Source of the DNA: a virus
Virus record (IMG/VR): IMGVR_UViG_3300026076_000002
Length of the DNA: 64,000 nt
Direction: 5' to 3' (one strand)
In this document: positions 22,108 through 31,982 of the stretch, one piece after another
Layout: every line of letters starts with the position of its first letter
Position numbering within the stretch: position 1 is the first letter of the stretch
Made by a program: the position numbers and the translations under genes
Notes under the pieces: model-generated
What the model saw: only the letters and a program-made list of their open reading frames with translations
Told to the model about the DNA's origin: nothing
Databases searched by the model: none

Positions 22108-24321
22108 ATGGCACTTCAGTTAGCATCCCCAGGAATTAATGTACGTGAGGTTGATCTAACACGTGGTGGCGTTAATGCATCATTAAACGTTGCTGCTGGT
22201 CTAGCAGGTCCTTTTCAAAAAGGTCCTGTTAACGAGATCATTAGAATCACAAACGAGAACGAACTCGTAGAAACCTTTGGTGGTCCTGGTGCAGGGATCA
22301 CTGATTTCCATTATGAAACCTGGTATGCTGCATCAAATTACCTATCATATGGTGGACAACTAGAGGTTGTCCGTGCTGGTGGTGGAGAACTAAACAACGC
22401 AAATGCTGCACCTTCGGGTACACCATCTACTGCGTTGCTTATAGAAAATTATGATGATTACAGCAACAACCATAGCACATCGTCTGATTGGTATTTCGCA
22501 GCAAAAAACCCAGGTTACTGGGGAGAAAACATTAAGGTTGCAGTCATAGATGCTGCTGCCGATCAAATAATTAACGGAGTATCCGTTAACCAAGTATCCA
22601 CATACGGCAATTCAGTCAGCAGTGGGTTCACCTATAACGTAGGTTATGGTGTTACTCAGAAGTTAACTGGAAACATTATCGGTGTTGGAACAGTTACCTC
22701 ACCTGGTGACAACGATTACATTAAAGGAATCGTCACTGAGGTTGGTACAGACAGTATTTCAGTCAAGGTAGTTTCGGTTGTACAATCTGGTACAGAGACT
22801 GCTGTTAGATACCAAGAAAATTCACAGTACTCATTCAATACCTCCAACCCTATTGGTATTGCATCTGCTTCTGTGGGTGATGATAAGAAAGTATATGGTA
22901 CTTCTTTATCAGTTTCTGATTGGTACAATAATCAAGACATTCTTACTTCTGCTGCTGATGGTGGATCAGATCTACTTACACTTAAGTGGAGATCTGTACT
23001 ACCTAAACCAAGAGTAAATGGATACTCTGCTGACAGGGGTGGAGACAATGACTCCCTTAACGTAGTTGTTATTGACGTTGACGGTAATGTCAACGGTACA
23101 CCTGCTACTATCCTAGAGAAGTTCCCGAACTTATCTAAGGCAAGTGATTCAGAGGTGTCACCACAGAAGTCAATATACTATAAACAGTTCTTGGCAGATA
23201 ACTCAGCATATGTTTATGCTGGTACATCACCTGCGGTAACTGATTCCCATTATGAAACATCACCTATACCTAACGGGTTCTCCTCTGGAGTTACACCACT
23301 AGGATCTGGGGTTGGTGCATGGGGTCAAGCAGCAAAAGATATTAATTTCAATTCACTAGGAAACGTTAAGTATAGTCTTACTGCTGGTAAGGATTATCAA
23401 GGCATAGGAAACTTCAATGCTCCATTAGGAGATATTCTTACTGCTTACGATAAACTACAAGATCCAGTTAACTCTGATATCAGATTCTTGTTACAGGGTG
23501 GAGCACATAAGACTAAGGAAGAAGAGCAAGCAAAGGCACAGAAACTTATATCCATCTGCGAATTCCGTAAAGATTGTATAACATTCATATCACCTGATAG
23601 GGGATCTGTTGTTAACATCACGAGTGAATCACAACAGACAGAGAATGTACTTTCATTCTTCAGTCCATTAAGTTCATCTTCTTATGCAGTCTTCGATAGT
23701 GGTTATCAATACACTTACGACAGATTCAATAAGAAGTTCTGCTACTTACCAATATCAAATGATATCGGTGGACTCTGCGTTAGAACAGATAGAAACCAGT
23801 TCCCATGGTTCTCACCTGCTGGAACATCTAGAGGTTCATTAAACTTCGCAGTTAAATTAGCATACAATCCTGGTCAGGATGCAAGAGATAGGTTGTATTC
23901 AAATAGAATCAACCCAGTTATTGCAAGTCCTGGTGCAGGTATTATTTTATTCGGTGACAAGACTGGTCTTGCTTATGAGTCTGCATTTGACAGAATCAAC
24001 GTAAGAAGATTATTCATCACCATTGAAAAGGCAATTGAACATGCTGCTAAAGCACAACTCTTTGAACTTAACGATCCAGGTACAAGATCTAACTTCTTGA
24101 ACATCGTTGAACCATACCTCAGAGATGTACAAGCTAAGCGAGGCATCAATGAGTTCCTAGTTGTTTGTGACGAATCAAACAACACACCAGACGTTATTGA
24201 TCGCAACGAATTTGTTGCTGACATTTTCGTCAAACCAGCAAGATCAATCAACTTCATTGGTCTAACATTCGTTGCTACGAGAACTGGCATCAGTTTCTCC
24301 GAAGTAGTCGGCACTGTGTAA
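22108..24321 (+). CDS. g18: Tail sheath protein gp18
   Basis: SPGINVREVD, PWFSPAG, FDRINVRRLF, KPARSINFI. Confidence 0.97.
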   Translation: MALQLASPGINVREVDLTRGGVNASLNVAAGLAGPFQKGPVNEIIRITNENELVETFGGPGAGITDFHYETWYAASNYLSYGGQLEVVRAGGGELNNANAAPSGTPSTALLIENYDDYSNNHSTSSDWYFAAKNPGYWGENIKVAVIDAAADQIINGVSVNQVSTYGNSVSSGFTYNVGYGVTQKLTGNIIGVGTVTSPGDNDYIKGIVTEVGTDSISVKVVSVVQSGTETAVRYQENSQYSFNTSNPIGIASASVGDDKKVYGTSLSVSDWYNNQDILTSAADGGSDLLTLKWRSVLPKPRVNGYSADRGGDNDSLNVVVIDVDGNVNGTPATILEKFPNLSKASDSEVSPQKSIYYKQFLADNSAYVYAGTSPAVTDSHYETSPIPNGFSSGVTPLGSGVGAWGQAAKDINFNSLGNVKYSLTAGKDYQGIGNFNAPLGDILTAYDKLQDPVNSDIRFLLQGGAHKTKEEEQAKAQKLISICEFRKDCITFISPDRGSVVNITSESQQTENVLSFFSPLSSSSYAVFDSGYQYTYDRFNKKFCYLPISNDIGGLCVRTDRNQFPWFSPAGTSRGSLNFAVKLAYNPGQDARDRLYSNRINPVIASPGAGIILFGDKTGLAYESAFDRINVRRLFITIEKAIEHAAKAQLFELNDPGTRSNFLNIVEPYLRDVQAKRGINEFLVVCDESNNTPDVIDRNEFVADIFVKPARSINFIGLTFVATRTGISFSEVVGTV

Positions 24322-24336
24322 TAGGAGGAACTACTA

Positions 24337-24963
24337 ATGCCACTAGATCAAAACTCATTTCAAATAGGTAACAACAAGAGAACCATTAATTCTTTCAAGG
24401 ATAGGTTACAGTTTGGCGGTGCTAGACCTAACCTCTTTGAAGTTAAAATGGTTTTCCCTAATGTCGATATCTTTGACGGTAGGGAAGAAGAGTACAGAAT
24501 GATGGTTAAAGGTGCTCAGTTACCAGCATCTAACATCGCTGAAGTTGTAGTACCTTTTAGGGGAAGACAACTTAAGGTTGCTGGTGATCGTAGATTCGAT
24601 CCATGGACTCTTACAGTACTTAATGACGCTGACTTCAAACTAAGAGAAGCATTCGAGCGTTGGGCTAACTATATCATCAAGGTATCTGACGGATCTGGTA
24701 CAATCAATCCATCTGACTACTTTGCTGAGTGGGAAGTATACCAGTTAGGTCGTGCAAACACAGATCTTAACGTAACTGGAGACAAGAACCCTGCTAATCT
24801 TCCTATCCTTCGTGGATATAAGATGTGGGGATGCTGGCCTTCTGTTGTGTCTGGTATGGAGTTATCATACGATACTCAAGATACTATAGAAGAGTTCCAA
24901 GTCACTATGCAAGTCCAGTACTGGGAAGCATTTGACAAGGATAACAGCGATTCTGTGGTATAA
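24337..24963 (+). CDS. g19: Tail tube protein gp19
   Basis: GGARPNLF, FRGRQLKVAGDR, IEEFQVT. Confidence 0.96.
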   Translation: MPLDQNSFQIGNNKRTINSFKDRLQFGGARPNLFEVKMVFPNVDIFDGREEEYRMMVKGAQLPASNIAEVVVPFRGRQLKVAGDRRFDPWTLTVLNDADFKLREAFERWANYIIKVSDGSGTINPSDYFAEWEVYQLGRANTDLNVTGDKNPANLPILRGYKMWGCWPSVVSGMELSYDTQDTIEEFQVTMQVQYWEAFDKDNSDSVV

Positions 24964-24987
24964 TAAATATCAGAAAGGATAATATGA

Positions 24988-26658
24988 ATGGCTAAACTTT
25001 TTGGTTTTTCAATTGATGATGAAGAAAAGAAGTCGAAATCGGTAGTCAGTCCTGTTCCTCCCAACCAAGAGGACGGTGCTGATTACTATTTGACTTCTGG
25101 TTTTTATGGCCAGTACGTAGACATCGAAGGTGTTTTCCGTACTGAGTTTGATATTATCAAGAAGTATAGAAATATGGCATTACACCCTGAGTGTGATACT
25201 GCCATTGAGCATGTTGTTAATGAAGCTATTGTATCAGATCTTAATGATAGTCCTGTAGAAATAGATTTAGATAATTTAAAAACAGGTCAGAGTCTAAAGA
25301 ACGTCATAAGGGAAGAGTTTAAATACGTCAAAGACCTCCTACATTTTGATAAGAAGTCCCACGAGATCTTTAGAAACTGGTATGTCGATGGTAGACTTTA
25401 CTACCATAAAGTAATTGACTTAGAGAAACCTGATGAAGGTTTAAAAGAAGTAAGACATATTGATGCATTAAAACTTAAGTTAATGAGGATCAAGCCTAAA
25501 CCCACACGTGGGCAACCTATGGCTCCTCTTGAAGACCAGATAATGAAGGTTGGTAAGGACGCTGAGATATCAGAATTCTATACATACTACCCACAAGGTA
25601 CTGCTCAGAAATATGGATCTATAGCAGGTAAGGGTATTAAGATTGCAAAGGATTCTATATGTCATATATCATCTGGTCTAGTTGATCGTAACAGACACAT
25701 TGGTCTCTCTTATCTCCATAAGGCAATCAAAGGTCTGAACCAGTTGAGAATGATTGAAGACTCATTGGTTATCTACAGACTATCAAGAGCACCCGAAAGA
25801 AGAATATTCTATATTGATGTTGGTAATTTACCTAAGATTAAAGCAGAGCAATACCTAAGAGATGTGATGTCTCGCTATAGAAATAAGTTGGTATACGATG
25901 CTAACACTGGTGAGATCAAGGATGATAAGAAGTATATGGCAATGCTAGAGGACTTCTGGTTACCACGTAGAGAAGGAGGAAGAGGAACAGAGATATCTAC
26001 TTTACCTGGTGGTCAGAACTTAGGAGAACTAGCAGATATAGAATACTTCCAGAAGAAACTATATCGTGCATTGAACGTACCAGATAGTAGAGTTGCAGAT
26101 GATCAAGGATTTAACCTAGGTAGATCATCAGAAATCTTAAGAGACGAGTTGATGTTCTCTAAGTTTGTTGGCAGACTACGTAAACGATTCAGTGCATTAT
26201 TCTTAGATCTACTTAAGACTCAGTTAATCCTCAAGAACATCGTTACCCCAGAAGACTGGGAACAGATGGCAGAGCATATACAATTCGATTACTTATATGA
26301 TAACCACTTCGCAGAACTTAAAGAAACGGAGTTGATGAATGAAAGACTCAATGTTATGGTACAAATAGAACCTTACATCGGAACCTACTATTCAAGAGAC
26401 TATGTTAAACGCAAGATTCTCCGTCAAACGGATGAAGAGATCATTGAGATGGAATCTGAGATGGATAAAGAAAACGAGGCGGGCGTTGGTGTACCGTTGG
26501 AAACTCAGAATATGATTATGCAAGGTCAGATGGAAGCAGACCCAGGAATGGCTCCTAATTTACCACAGTCAAAGACTACGGCAATGGGACAAACTCCTAA
26601 GAATCCAGAGGTAAGTAAGGCTAAGACAGGGTTAGATATTAAAAAAGCAAAGATATAA
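24988..26658 (+). CDS. g20: Portal vertex protein gp20
   Basis: WYVDGR, YRLSRAPERRIFYIDVGN, EDFWLPRREGGRGTEI. Confidence 0.98.
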   Translation: MAKLFGFSIDDEEKKSKSVVSPVPPNQEDGADYYLTSGFYGQYVDIEGVFRTEFDIIKKYRNMALHPECDTAIEHVVNEAIVSDLNDSPVEIDLDNLKTGQSLKNVIREEFKYVKDLLHFDKKSHEIFRNWYVDGRLYYHKVIDLEKPDEGLKEVRHIDALKLKLMRIKPKPTRGQPMAPLEDQIMKVGKDAEISEFYTYYPQGTAQKYGSIAGKGIKIAKDSICHISSGLVDRNRHIGLSYLHKAIKGLNQLRMIEDSLVIYRLSRAPERRIFYIDVGNLPKIKAEQYLRDVMSRYRNKLVYDANTGEIKDDKKYMAMLEDFWLPRREGGRGTEISTLPGGQNLGELADIEYFQKKLYRALNVPDSRVADDQGFNLGRSSEILRDELMFSKFVGRLRKRFSALFLDLLKTQLILKNIVTPEDWEQMAEHIQFDYLYDNHFAELKETELMNERLNVMVQIEPYIGTYYSRDYVKRKILRQTDEEIIEMESEMDKENEAGVGVPLETQNMIMQGQMEADPGMAPNLPQSKTTAMGQTPKNPEVSKAKTGLDIKKAKI

Positions 26659-26692
26659 GCTAAATATATAATATACACTTCAATAGTATATT

Positions 26693-26881
26693 ATGGAATC
26701 TGCCGACATAGTAGATATGATTGCGACTGGTACTCCTTCATCGGAGGTATCAGATGCAATTAAGGATCTACTGTATGTAAAAAGTAGTGCGAAGGTTGAT
26801 GCTATGAAACCTTCTGCTGCCCAATCGCTGTTTGATGCTGAACCTGAAGTTGAAGAAGAACCAACGGAAACAGAAGAATGA
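26693..26881 (+). CDS. Small acidic prohead-core-like protein (gp67 position)
   Basis: Lies between g20 and g21; acidic tail; CTAAATA at 26660. Confidence 0.55.
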   Translation: MESADIVDMIATGTPSSEVSDAIKDLLYVKSSAKVDAMKPSAAQSLFDAEPEVEEEPTETEE

Positions 26882-27444
26882 GTGCATCTCAGCCATTAAA
26901 ATTAGTATCTGATGTTGGGTCGGTATCCTCTGCAAATGCTACATCTGCTGTATCATCTGCTCAGATAGTTCGATCTGGTGTCGTACATGTAACTGCTAGT
27001 TCTGATAAGGCTGGTGGTTCTATTGCAGCATGTAATACTTCCACCCAAACTGGTGTAGGTAGCATGTTTGTAGATAAGGGTAGTAACATCCTTTATCGTT
27101 ATGCTCATCCAGCTAACGCTAATGTTACTAATATCACTGCTACTAATCCAGCAGTTATAACTCTTGACCATCCAGACACAAAACTAAGTGTAGGTGATTA
27201 TGTCACCTTAGTTGGTTCTACTGTTAGTGGATACAATACTCAAATAGCACACGTAGAGGTTACTGCTAAGTCACAACCTCAACAGTTCAACGAGTATATA
27301 CAGACTATAACTGTGAGTGCAGACTGTTCATCACTAGCAGCGTTTAGTGGTACAGCAACTGCATACAAATCTGTTATCTTTAGACTTGCTCCTGAGACAT
27401 CATCAGGATGTACACTTCATATCAAAGAGGTAGGAATAGGATGA
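26878..27444 (+). CDS. Hypothetical structural protein (Ser/Thr/Val-rich)
   Basis: ORF track; inside the head module, overlapping both neighbours by 4 nt. Confidence 0.6.
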   Translation: MSASQPLKLVSDVGSVSSANATSAVSSAQIVRSGVVHVTASSDKAGGSIAACNTSTQTGVGSMFVDKGSNILYRYAHPANANVTNITATNPAVITLDHPDTKLSVGDYVTLVGSTVSGYNTQIAHVEVTAKSQPQQFNEYIQTITVSADCSSLAAFSGTATAYKSVIFRLAPETSSGCTLHIKEVGIG

Positions 27445-28088
27445 AATTAATTGCAGAAGAAATTGAATCCGTAGATATTCTTACCGAAGAAAAAGATGGT
27501 AAGAAGACTTTATACATTCAAGGACCATTTTTACAAGCAGAAGTTGTGAATAGGAACAAACGTTTCTATCCAATTGATACAATGGTTAATGAGGTCAGTA
27601 ATTATAATAAGAAGTTCGTTTCATCAGGTAGAGCACTTGGAGAACTCGGACATCCTGATGGACCTTCTATAAATCTTGATCGAGTTTCACATAAAATTGT
27701 GTCACTTAAGCAAGAAGGAAACAACTTTATTGGTAAAGCACAGATACTATCAACCCCTATGGGTAAGATAGCAGAATCACTTTTAAGTGATGGTGTAAAA
27801 CTTGGAGTTTCCAGTCGTGGTATGGGTTCTATGTACCAAAAGGATGGGGTAAACATAGTAGGAGAAGACTTCATGTTAGCAACTGCTGCTGACATTGTTG
27901 CGGATCCTAGTGCTCCCGATGCTTTTGTAGATGGAGTTATGGAAGGTAAGGAATGGGTCTGGGAAGGATCTATCTTGCGTGAGAAAAAATGTGAAGAGGT
28001 CAAGAAGTCAATAAATACGTTAGTGAGTCAAGAAGTATTAGATGAGCATAAACTTGCGTTATTCTCAAACTTCTTGCGTAGTCTATAG
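27441..28088 (+). CDS. g21: Prohead protease gp21
   Basis: MKLIAEE start, ALGELGHP, GVSSRGMGS, DIVADPSAPDA. Confidence 0.96.
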   Translation: MKLIAEEIESVDILTEEKDGKKTLYIQGPFLQAEVVNRNKRFYPIDTMVNEVSNYNKKFVSSGRALGELGHPDGPSINLDRVSHKIVSLKQEGNNFIGKAQILSTPMGKIAESLLSDGVKLGVSSRGMGSMYQKDGVNIVGEDFMLATAADIVADPSAPDAFVDGVMEGKEWVWEGSILREKKCEEVKKSINTLVSQEVLDEHKLALFSNFLRSL

Positions 28089-28098
28089 TTTATAGATT

Positions 28099-28106
28099 TA
28101 TAAATA
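28099..28106 (+). promoter_or_regulatory. Late promoter TATAAATA
   Basis: Exact T4 late consensus before g22. Confidence 0.75.
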
Positions 28107-28141
28107 ATAATATCATTTTCTAGAATTTTTCGGATCTAAAA

Positions 28142-29245
28142 ATGTCAGACGAACAATTACATGAGATGGATAATCAGGTAACGAAGGGAGCTTCTGCTGC
28201 CGAGCCTATGCCTAAGGCTCCAAATTACGTTCCTGATGCGGGTTCAGTCGAGGTTCTTGGTGGACCAACTCCAACCAATTCTAAACCTACAGACGATAGC
28301 AACAAGCTAAAAACTCCATCGGCCACTTTGGCACAAACAGGCGATCCTCATTTTCGCCACGCTGGTGCTAAGACCACTCTACCAGGCCCTGCTGCTTTAA
28401 AAGCAACTGGATATGGTAAGGGTGCTAACGAAGAAACAGCTAAGGAGGAAGAAGTTGTTGCAGAAACTCCAGCAGTAGAAACAGAAACTACCGTTTCTGA
28501 AACTGAAACTGTTGAAGCTCCTGTAGTAACAGAAGAACCATTGGACATTGATGCAGATGTTAAGGCACTTCTCGAAGGAGAAGAACTATCTGAGAAATTC
28601 CAAGAGAAGGCTAAGACAATCTTTGAAGCAGTCATCAAGTCTAGGCTTGCTGATGCTAAAGAAGCAATGTCTAAGCAGTACGATACAATGCTTGCTGAAG
28701 AAGTAGGTAAAGTACGTACAGAACTTACAGAGCATATTGACTCATACCTTGAGTACGTTGCTAACGAGTGGATTAATGAAAATGCACTTGCTGTAGAATC
28801 AGGAATCAGAGGTGAACTATCTGAATCCTTTATGACTGGTCTTAAGGGTCTCTTTGAAGAGCACTACGTAACTATCCCAGATGATAAGTACGATGTCCTT
28901 GAGGCAATGGTCACAAAACTAGATGAAATGGAGAGTAAACTCAACGAACAGATTGATGGTAATATCGCTTTAACTAAGCGTCTATCTGATTCTGTCTCCG
29001 ACAACATCCTTGATGAGGTTAGCGAAGGACTAGCACTTTCTCAAAAAGAAAAGCTTAGTTCATTAGCCGAAGGTGTTGAGTTTGAAAGCGAGGAACAATA
29101 CCGTGAGAAACTTGTAACTCTTAAAGAGTCATATTTCTCTAATAAGCCAGTTACTGACTCACAAGAAGTCATATCCGAAGATGCTGTAGAGGAGAATTCT
29201 TCTACTATGTCAAAGTATCTCGAAGCGTTGACTAAGTTCAACTAG
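28142..29245 (+). CDS. g22: Prohead scaffold gp22
   Basis: LSEKFQEKAKTIFEA, DSYLEYVANEW, LKESYF; synteny. Confidence 0.93.
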   Translation: MSDEQLHEMDNQVTKGASAAEPMPKAPNYVPDAGSVEVLGGPTPTNSKPTDDSNKLKTPSATLAQTGDPHFRHAGAKTTLPGPAALKATGYGKGANEETAKEEEVVAETPAVETETTVSETETVEAPVVTEEPLDIDADVKALLEGEELSEKFQEKAKTIFEAVIKSRLADAKEAMSKQYDTMLAEEVGKVRTELTEHIDSYLEYVANEWINENALAVESGIRGELSESFMTGLKGLFEEHYVTIPDDKYDVLEAMVTKLDEMESKLNEQIDGNIALTKRLSDSVSDNILDEVSEGLALSQKEKLSSLAEGVEFESEEQYREKLVTLKESYFSNKPVTDSQEVISEDAVEENSSTMSKYLEALTKFN

Positions 29246-29286
29246 ATTAAATTTAAACTTACTACATCCCGAAACGGAGACCCAAA

Positions 29287-30714
29287 ATGTTTAACTCTGC
29301 TCAATTGCAGAAGAAGTGGGGACCTCTTTTAGAAGCGGAAGGTCTTGATAGTATCAAGGACAACCACAGAAAAGCGGTTACAGCCCAACTTCTCGAAAAC
29401 CAAGAAAGATTTTTACGTGAAGAACGTGCCTTCTTGACAGAAGCACCTCCTACAGTTAACACTGACCCTGCTGGCACTGGTGCTGCTGGTTTCAGTGGTG
29501 GTGCTACTGATGCTGGCCCAGTTGCTGGTTTCGACCCCGTACTGATTTCTTTGATCAGACGTTCGATGCCTAACTTGGTCGCATATGACCTAGCTGGCGT
29601 TCAGCCAATGAACGGACCTACTGGTTTGATCTTTGCGATGAGAACTCGCTACGACAATCAGCAAGGAACAGAAGCATTCTTCAACGAACCAGATACTGCC
29701 TTCTCAGCACAAAACTCTGCTGCATCACTTAACCAAGGTGATTACACAGGTGCTGTTGATGGTGGAACAGATGTTGGTTTCGGTACTACTGCACAGGGTA
29801 CAGACCCAAGCAGTGATGCTACAAACCCATCAATCCTTAACGGTGGCGATCAAAACGCTTATCCTACAGGACAAGGTTTCAAGACCCAAGATTTAGAAGC
29901 ATTAGGTGACGATACAGCCACTAATGACTTCCGTGAGATGGCATTCAGTATCGAGAAAGTCTCGGTTACTGCTAAGTCTCGTGCTTTGAAAGCTGAGTAC
30001 AGTTTAGAACTTGCTCAAGACCTTAAGGCAATCCACGGTCTAGATGCTGAAGCTGAATTAGCAAATATCCTTTCAACAGAGATACTTGCTGAGATCAACA
30101 GAGAAATCATCAGAACTATCTACAAGGCTGCTGAGCCTGGTGCTCAGACGAACGTTGCTTCAACTGGAGTCTTCGACTTAGACGTTGACAGTAATGGTCG
30201 TTGGATGGTTGAGAAGTTCAAAGGTATGATGTTCCAGCTAGAGCGTGATTCAAACGCTATCGCTCAGAGAACAAGAAGAGGAAAGGGCAACGTTATCCTT
30301 TGCTCTGCTGACGTAGCATCTGCTCTTGCTGCTGCTGGTCAACTTGACTACACACCTGCTATCTCTGCTAACCTAACAGTTGATGATACTGGTAATACAT
30401 TTGCTGGAGTACTTAACGGACGCTTCAAGGTCTACATTGACCCATTTGCTGCTAACCTAAGTGCTAATCAGTACTACGTCATGGGTTATAAGGGATCTAA
30501 CCCTTATGATGCTGGACTGTTCTACTGCCCATACGTTCCTCTACAGATGGTTCGTGCAGTTGGTCAGGACACCTTCCAACCAAAAATTGGATTCAAGACC
30601 AGATATGGTATGGTTTCCAACCCTTATGCAGAAGGTACAACCCAAGGACTTGGACGTATTACTGCTAATAGCAACCGCTATTACAGACGTGTTAAGGTTC
30701 AGAACCTAATGTAA
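29287..30714 (+). CDS. g23: Major capsid protein gp23
   Basis: GVQPMNGPTGLIFAMR, ELAQDLKAIHGLDAE, FYCPYVPL, FQPKIGFKTRYG. Confidence 0.99.
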   Translation: MFNSAQLQKKWGPLLEAEGLDSIKDNHRKAVTAQLLENQERFLREERAFLTEAPPTVNTDPAGTGAAGFSGGATDAGPVAGFDPVLISLIRRSMPNLVAYDLAGVQPMNGPTGLIFAMRTRYDNQQGTEAFFNEPDTAFSAQNSAASLNQGDYTGAVDGGTDVGFGTTAQGTDPSSDATNPSILNGGDQNAYPTGQGFKTQDLEALGDDTATNDFREMAFSIEKVSVTAKSRALKAEYSLELAQDLKAIHGLDAEAELANILSTEILAEINREIIRTIYKAAEPGAQTNVASTGVFDLDVDSNGRWMVEKFKGMMFQLERDSNAIAQRTRRGKGNVILCSADVASALAAAGQLDYTPAISANLTVDDTGNTFAGVLNGRFKVYIDPFAANLSANQYYVMGYKGSNPYDAGLFYCPYVPLQMVRAVGQDTFQPKIGFKTRYGMVSNPYAEGTTQGLGRITANSNRYYRRVKVQNLM

Positions 30715-30738
30715 GACAGAAGTTTATACTTCTTTATC

Positions 30739-30769
30739 AAGACCTCCACACAAGTGGGGGTCTTTTTTT
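30739..30769 (+). terminator. Rho-independent terminator after g23
   Basis: AAGACCTCCAC-acaa-GTGGGGGTCTT followed by a T run. Confidence 0.85.
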
Positions 30770-30807
30770 ATGCTAATGTTAAATAGTATACACTATCAGA
30801 TAATCTA

Positions 30808-30972
30808 ATGAACGGTAGACTATCTAAGGTTGACATGACAAATAGACTCATGCAACTTAAACGAGAACTAGATTACAAATGTGAAATTGGAGATATGGGA
30901 CAGTGGGAATGTACTGGAGCTAATAAGTATATGCATAAAGTCTTTGATGTGCTTGATGAGTATTGGCAATAA
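30808..30972 (+). CDS. Small hypothetical protein (54 aa), not in the ORF track
   Basis: MNGRLSKVDMTNRLMQLKRELDYKCEIGDMGQWECTGANKYMHKVFDVLDEYWQ fills the g23-g3 gap. Confidence 0.6.
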   Translation: MNGRLSKVDMTNRLMQLKRELDYKCEIGDMGQWECTGANKYMHKVFDVLDEYWQ

Positions 30973-30994
30973 ATAGATATAGCTTGGGAAGCTG

Positions 30995-31555
30995 ATGTCA
31001 AACAATCCAATGGCCTTGCAAGAAGTTTCTAATAGGAATTTCTTAGCATTAGGTGGTTTCAAACTCAAGTTGAATAGATGTCCAAAGGTAGACTTTCTTT
31101 GCAATAAAGCAAATCTGCCTACCATTACTTTGGGTGTTGCTCAACAAACTTCTTACCTTAAGAACATTCCTGTTCCTGGGGATAAGATGTCGTTTGATGA
31201 TTTGGTTGTTAGTTTTATCGTTGATGAAAACCTTGAGAATTACTTACAAATATATGACTGGATGACTGGTTTAGGTTTTCCAGAAAGTTTACAACAGTTT
31301 GAGGACATCAAGAGAAAGTCAAGATACTTCCCAGAGTTCAACGAAGGTTTCAATGAAAGGTCAGACGGAACATTAATGGTTCTTAATAGCAACTACAATA
31401 CTGTTGCACAAGTTAAGTTCAAAGACTTGTTCCCATTTGCTTTGACTGGTATACCATTTGATGCGACACTAACTCAAGAGCAGTATTTTACTGCAACTGT
31501 GAGTTTTAAATATACTATCTTTGATATGATTGACAATGAAGGAGACAAAGTTTGA
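30995..31555 (+). CDS. g3: Tail tube terminator gp3
   Basis: NFL...F, CNKANLP, PGDK, FIVDENLENY, FKDLFP. Confidence 0.9.
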   Translation: MSNNPMALQEVSNRNFLALGGFKLKLNRCPKVDFLCNKANLPTITLGVAQQTSYLKNIPVPGDKMSFDDLVVSFIVDENLENYLQIYDWMTGLGFPESLQQFEDIKRKSRYFPEFNEGFNERSDGTLMVLNSNYNTVAQVKFKDLFPFALTGIPFDATLTQEQYFTATVSFKYTIFDMIDNEGDKV

Positions 31556-31982
31556 TCTAGAAAAGATCCAACGAATGTGGGATGAGGATAGCAAACTGAA
31601 TCAAGATGAACTTGATACTGAGTCTTTAAAAGTTCCCCAATTACACGCCAAATATTTCAACATATATAATATGACTTTAGCACTTCGTAAGAATGCTGAG
31701 TCACAATATGCTTCTGTCATATTAGAAAGACGGAAGTATTATAAAGGTCAAGCAACAGCAGACATATATGCTGAAGAACCTTTCCCTATGAAAATACGGG
31801 ATAAGGATGACCTTAAACTTCATCTTGATGCCGACAAGAAAGTCGAGATTATCAGGTTGAAAATTGAGTACTATGACATGATGCTTAGATATCTTGAGGA
31901 TATCTTAAAGCAAGTTTCTAATAGAACTTACCAAATTAAAAACGCTATTGAGTGGCGTAGGTTCTCTTCTGGTTATGGCTAA
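31536..31982 (+). CDS. uvsY: Recombination mediator UvsY
   Basis: SLKVPQLHAKY, RTYQIKNAIEWRRF. Confidence 0.88.
   Translation: MKETKFDLEKIQRMWDEDSKLNQDELDTESLKVPQLHAKYFNIYNMTLALRKNAESQYASVILERRKYYKGQATADIYAEEPFPMKIRDKDDLKLHLDADKKVEIIRLKIEYYDMMLRYLEDILKQVSNRTYQIKNAIEWRRFSSGYG

Noticed and set aside
26638-26658. AAAAAAG near the end of g20 as a second frameshift site
   Set aside because: The heptamer is in the wrong phase (ATT AAA AAA GCA) and there is no downstream hairpin.
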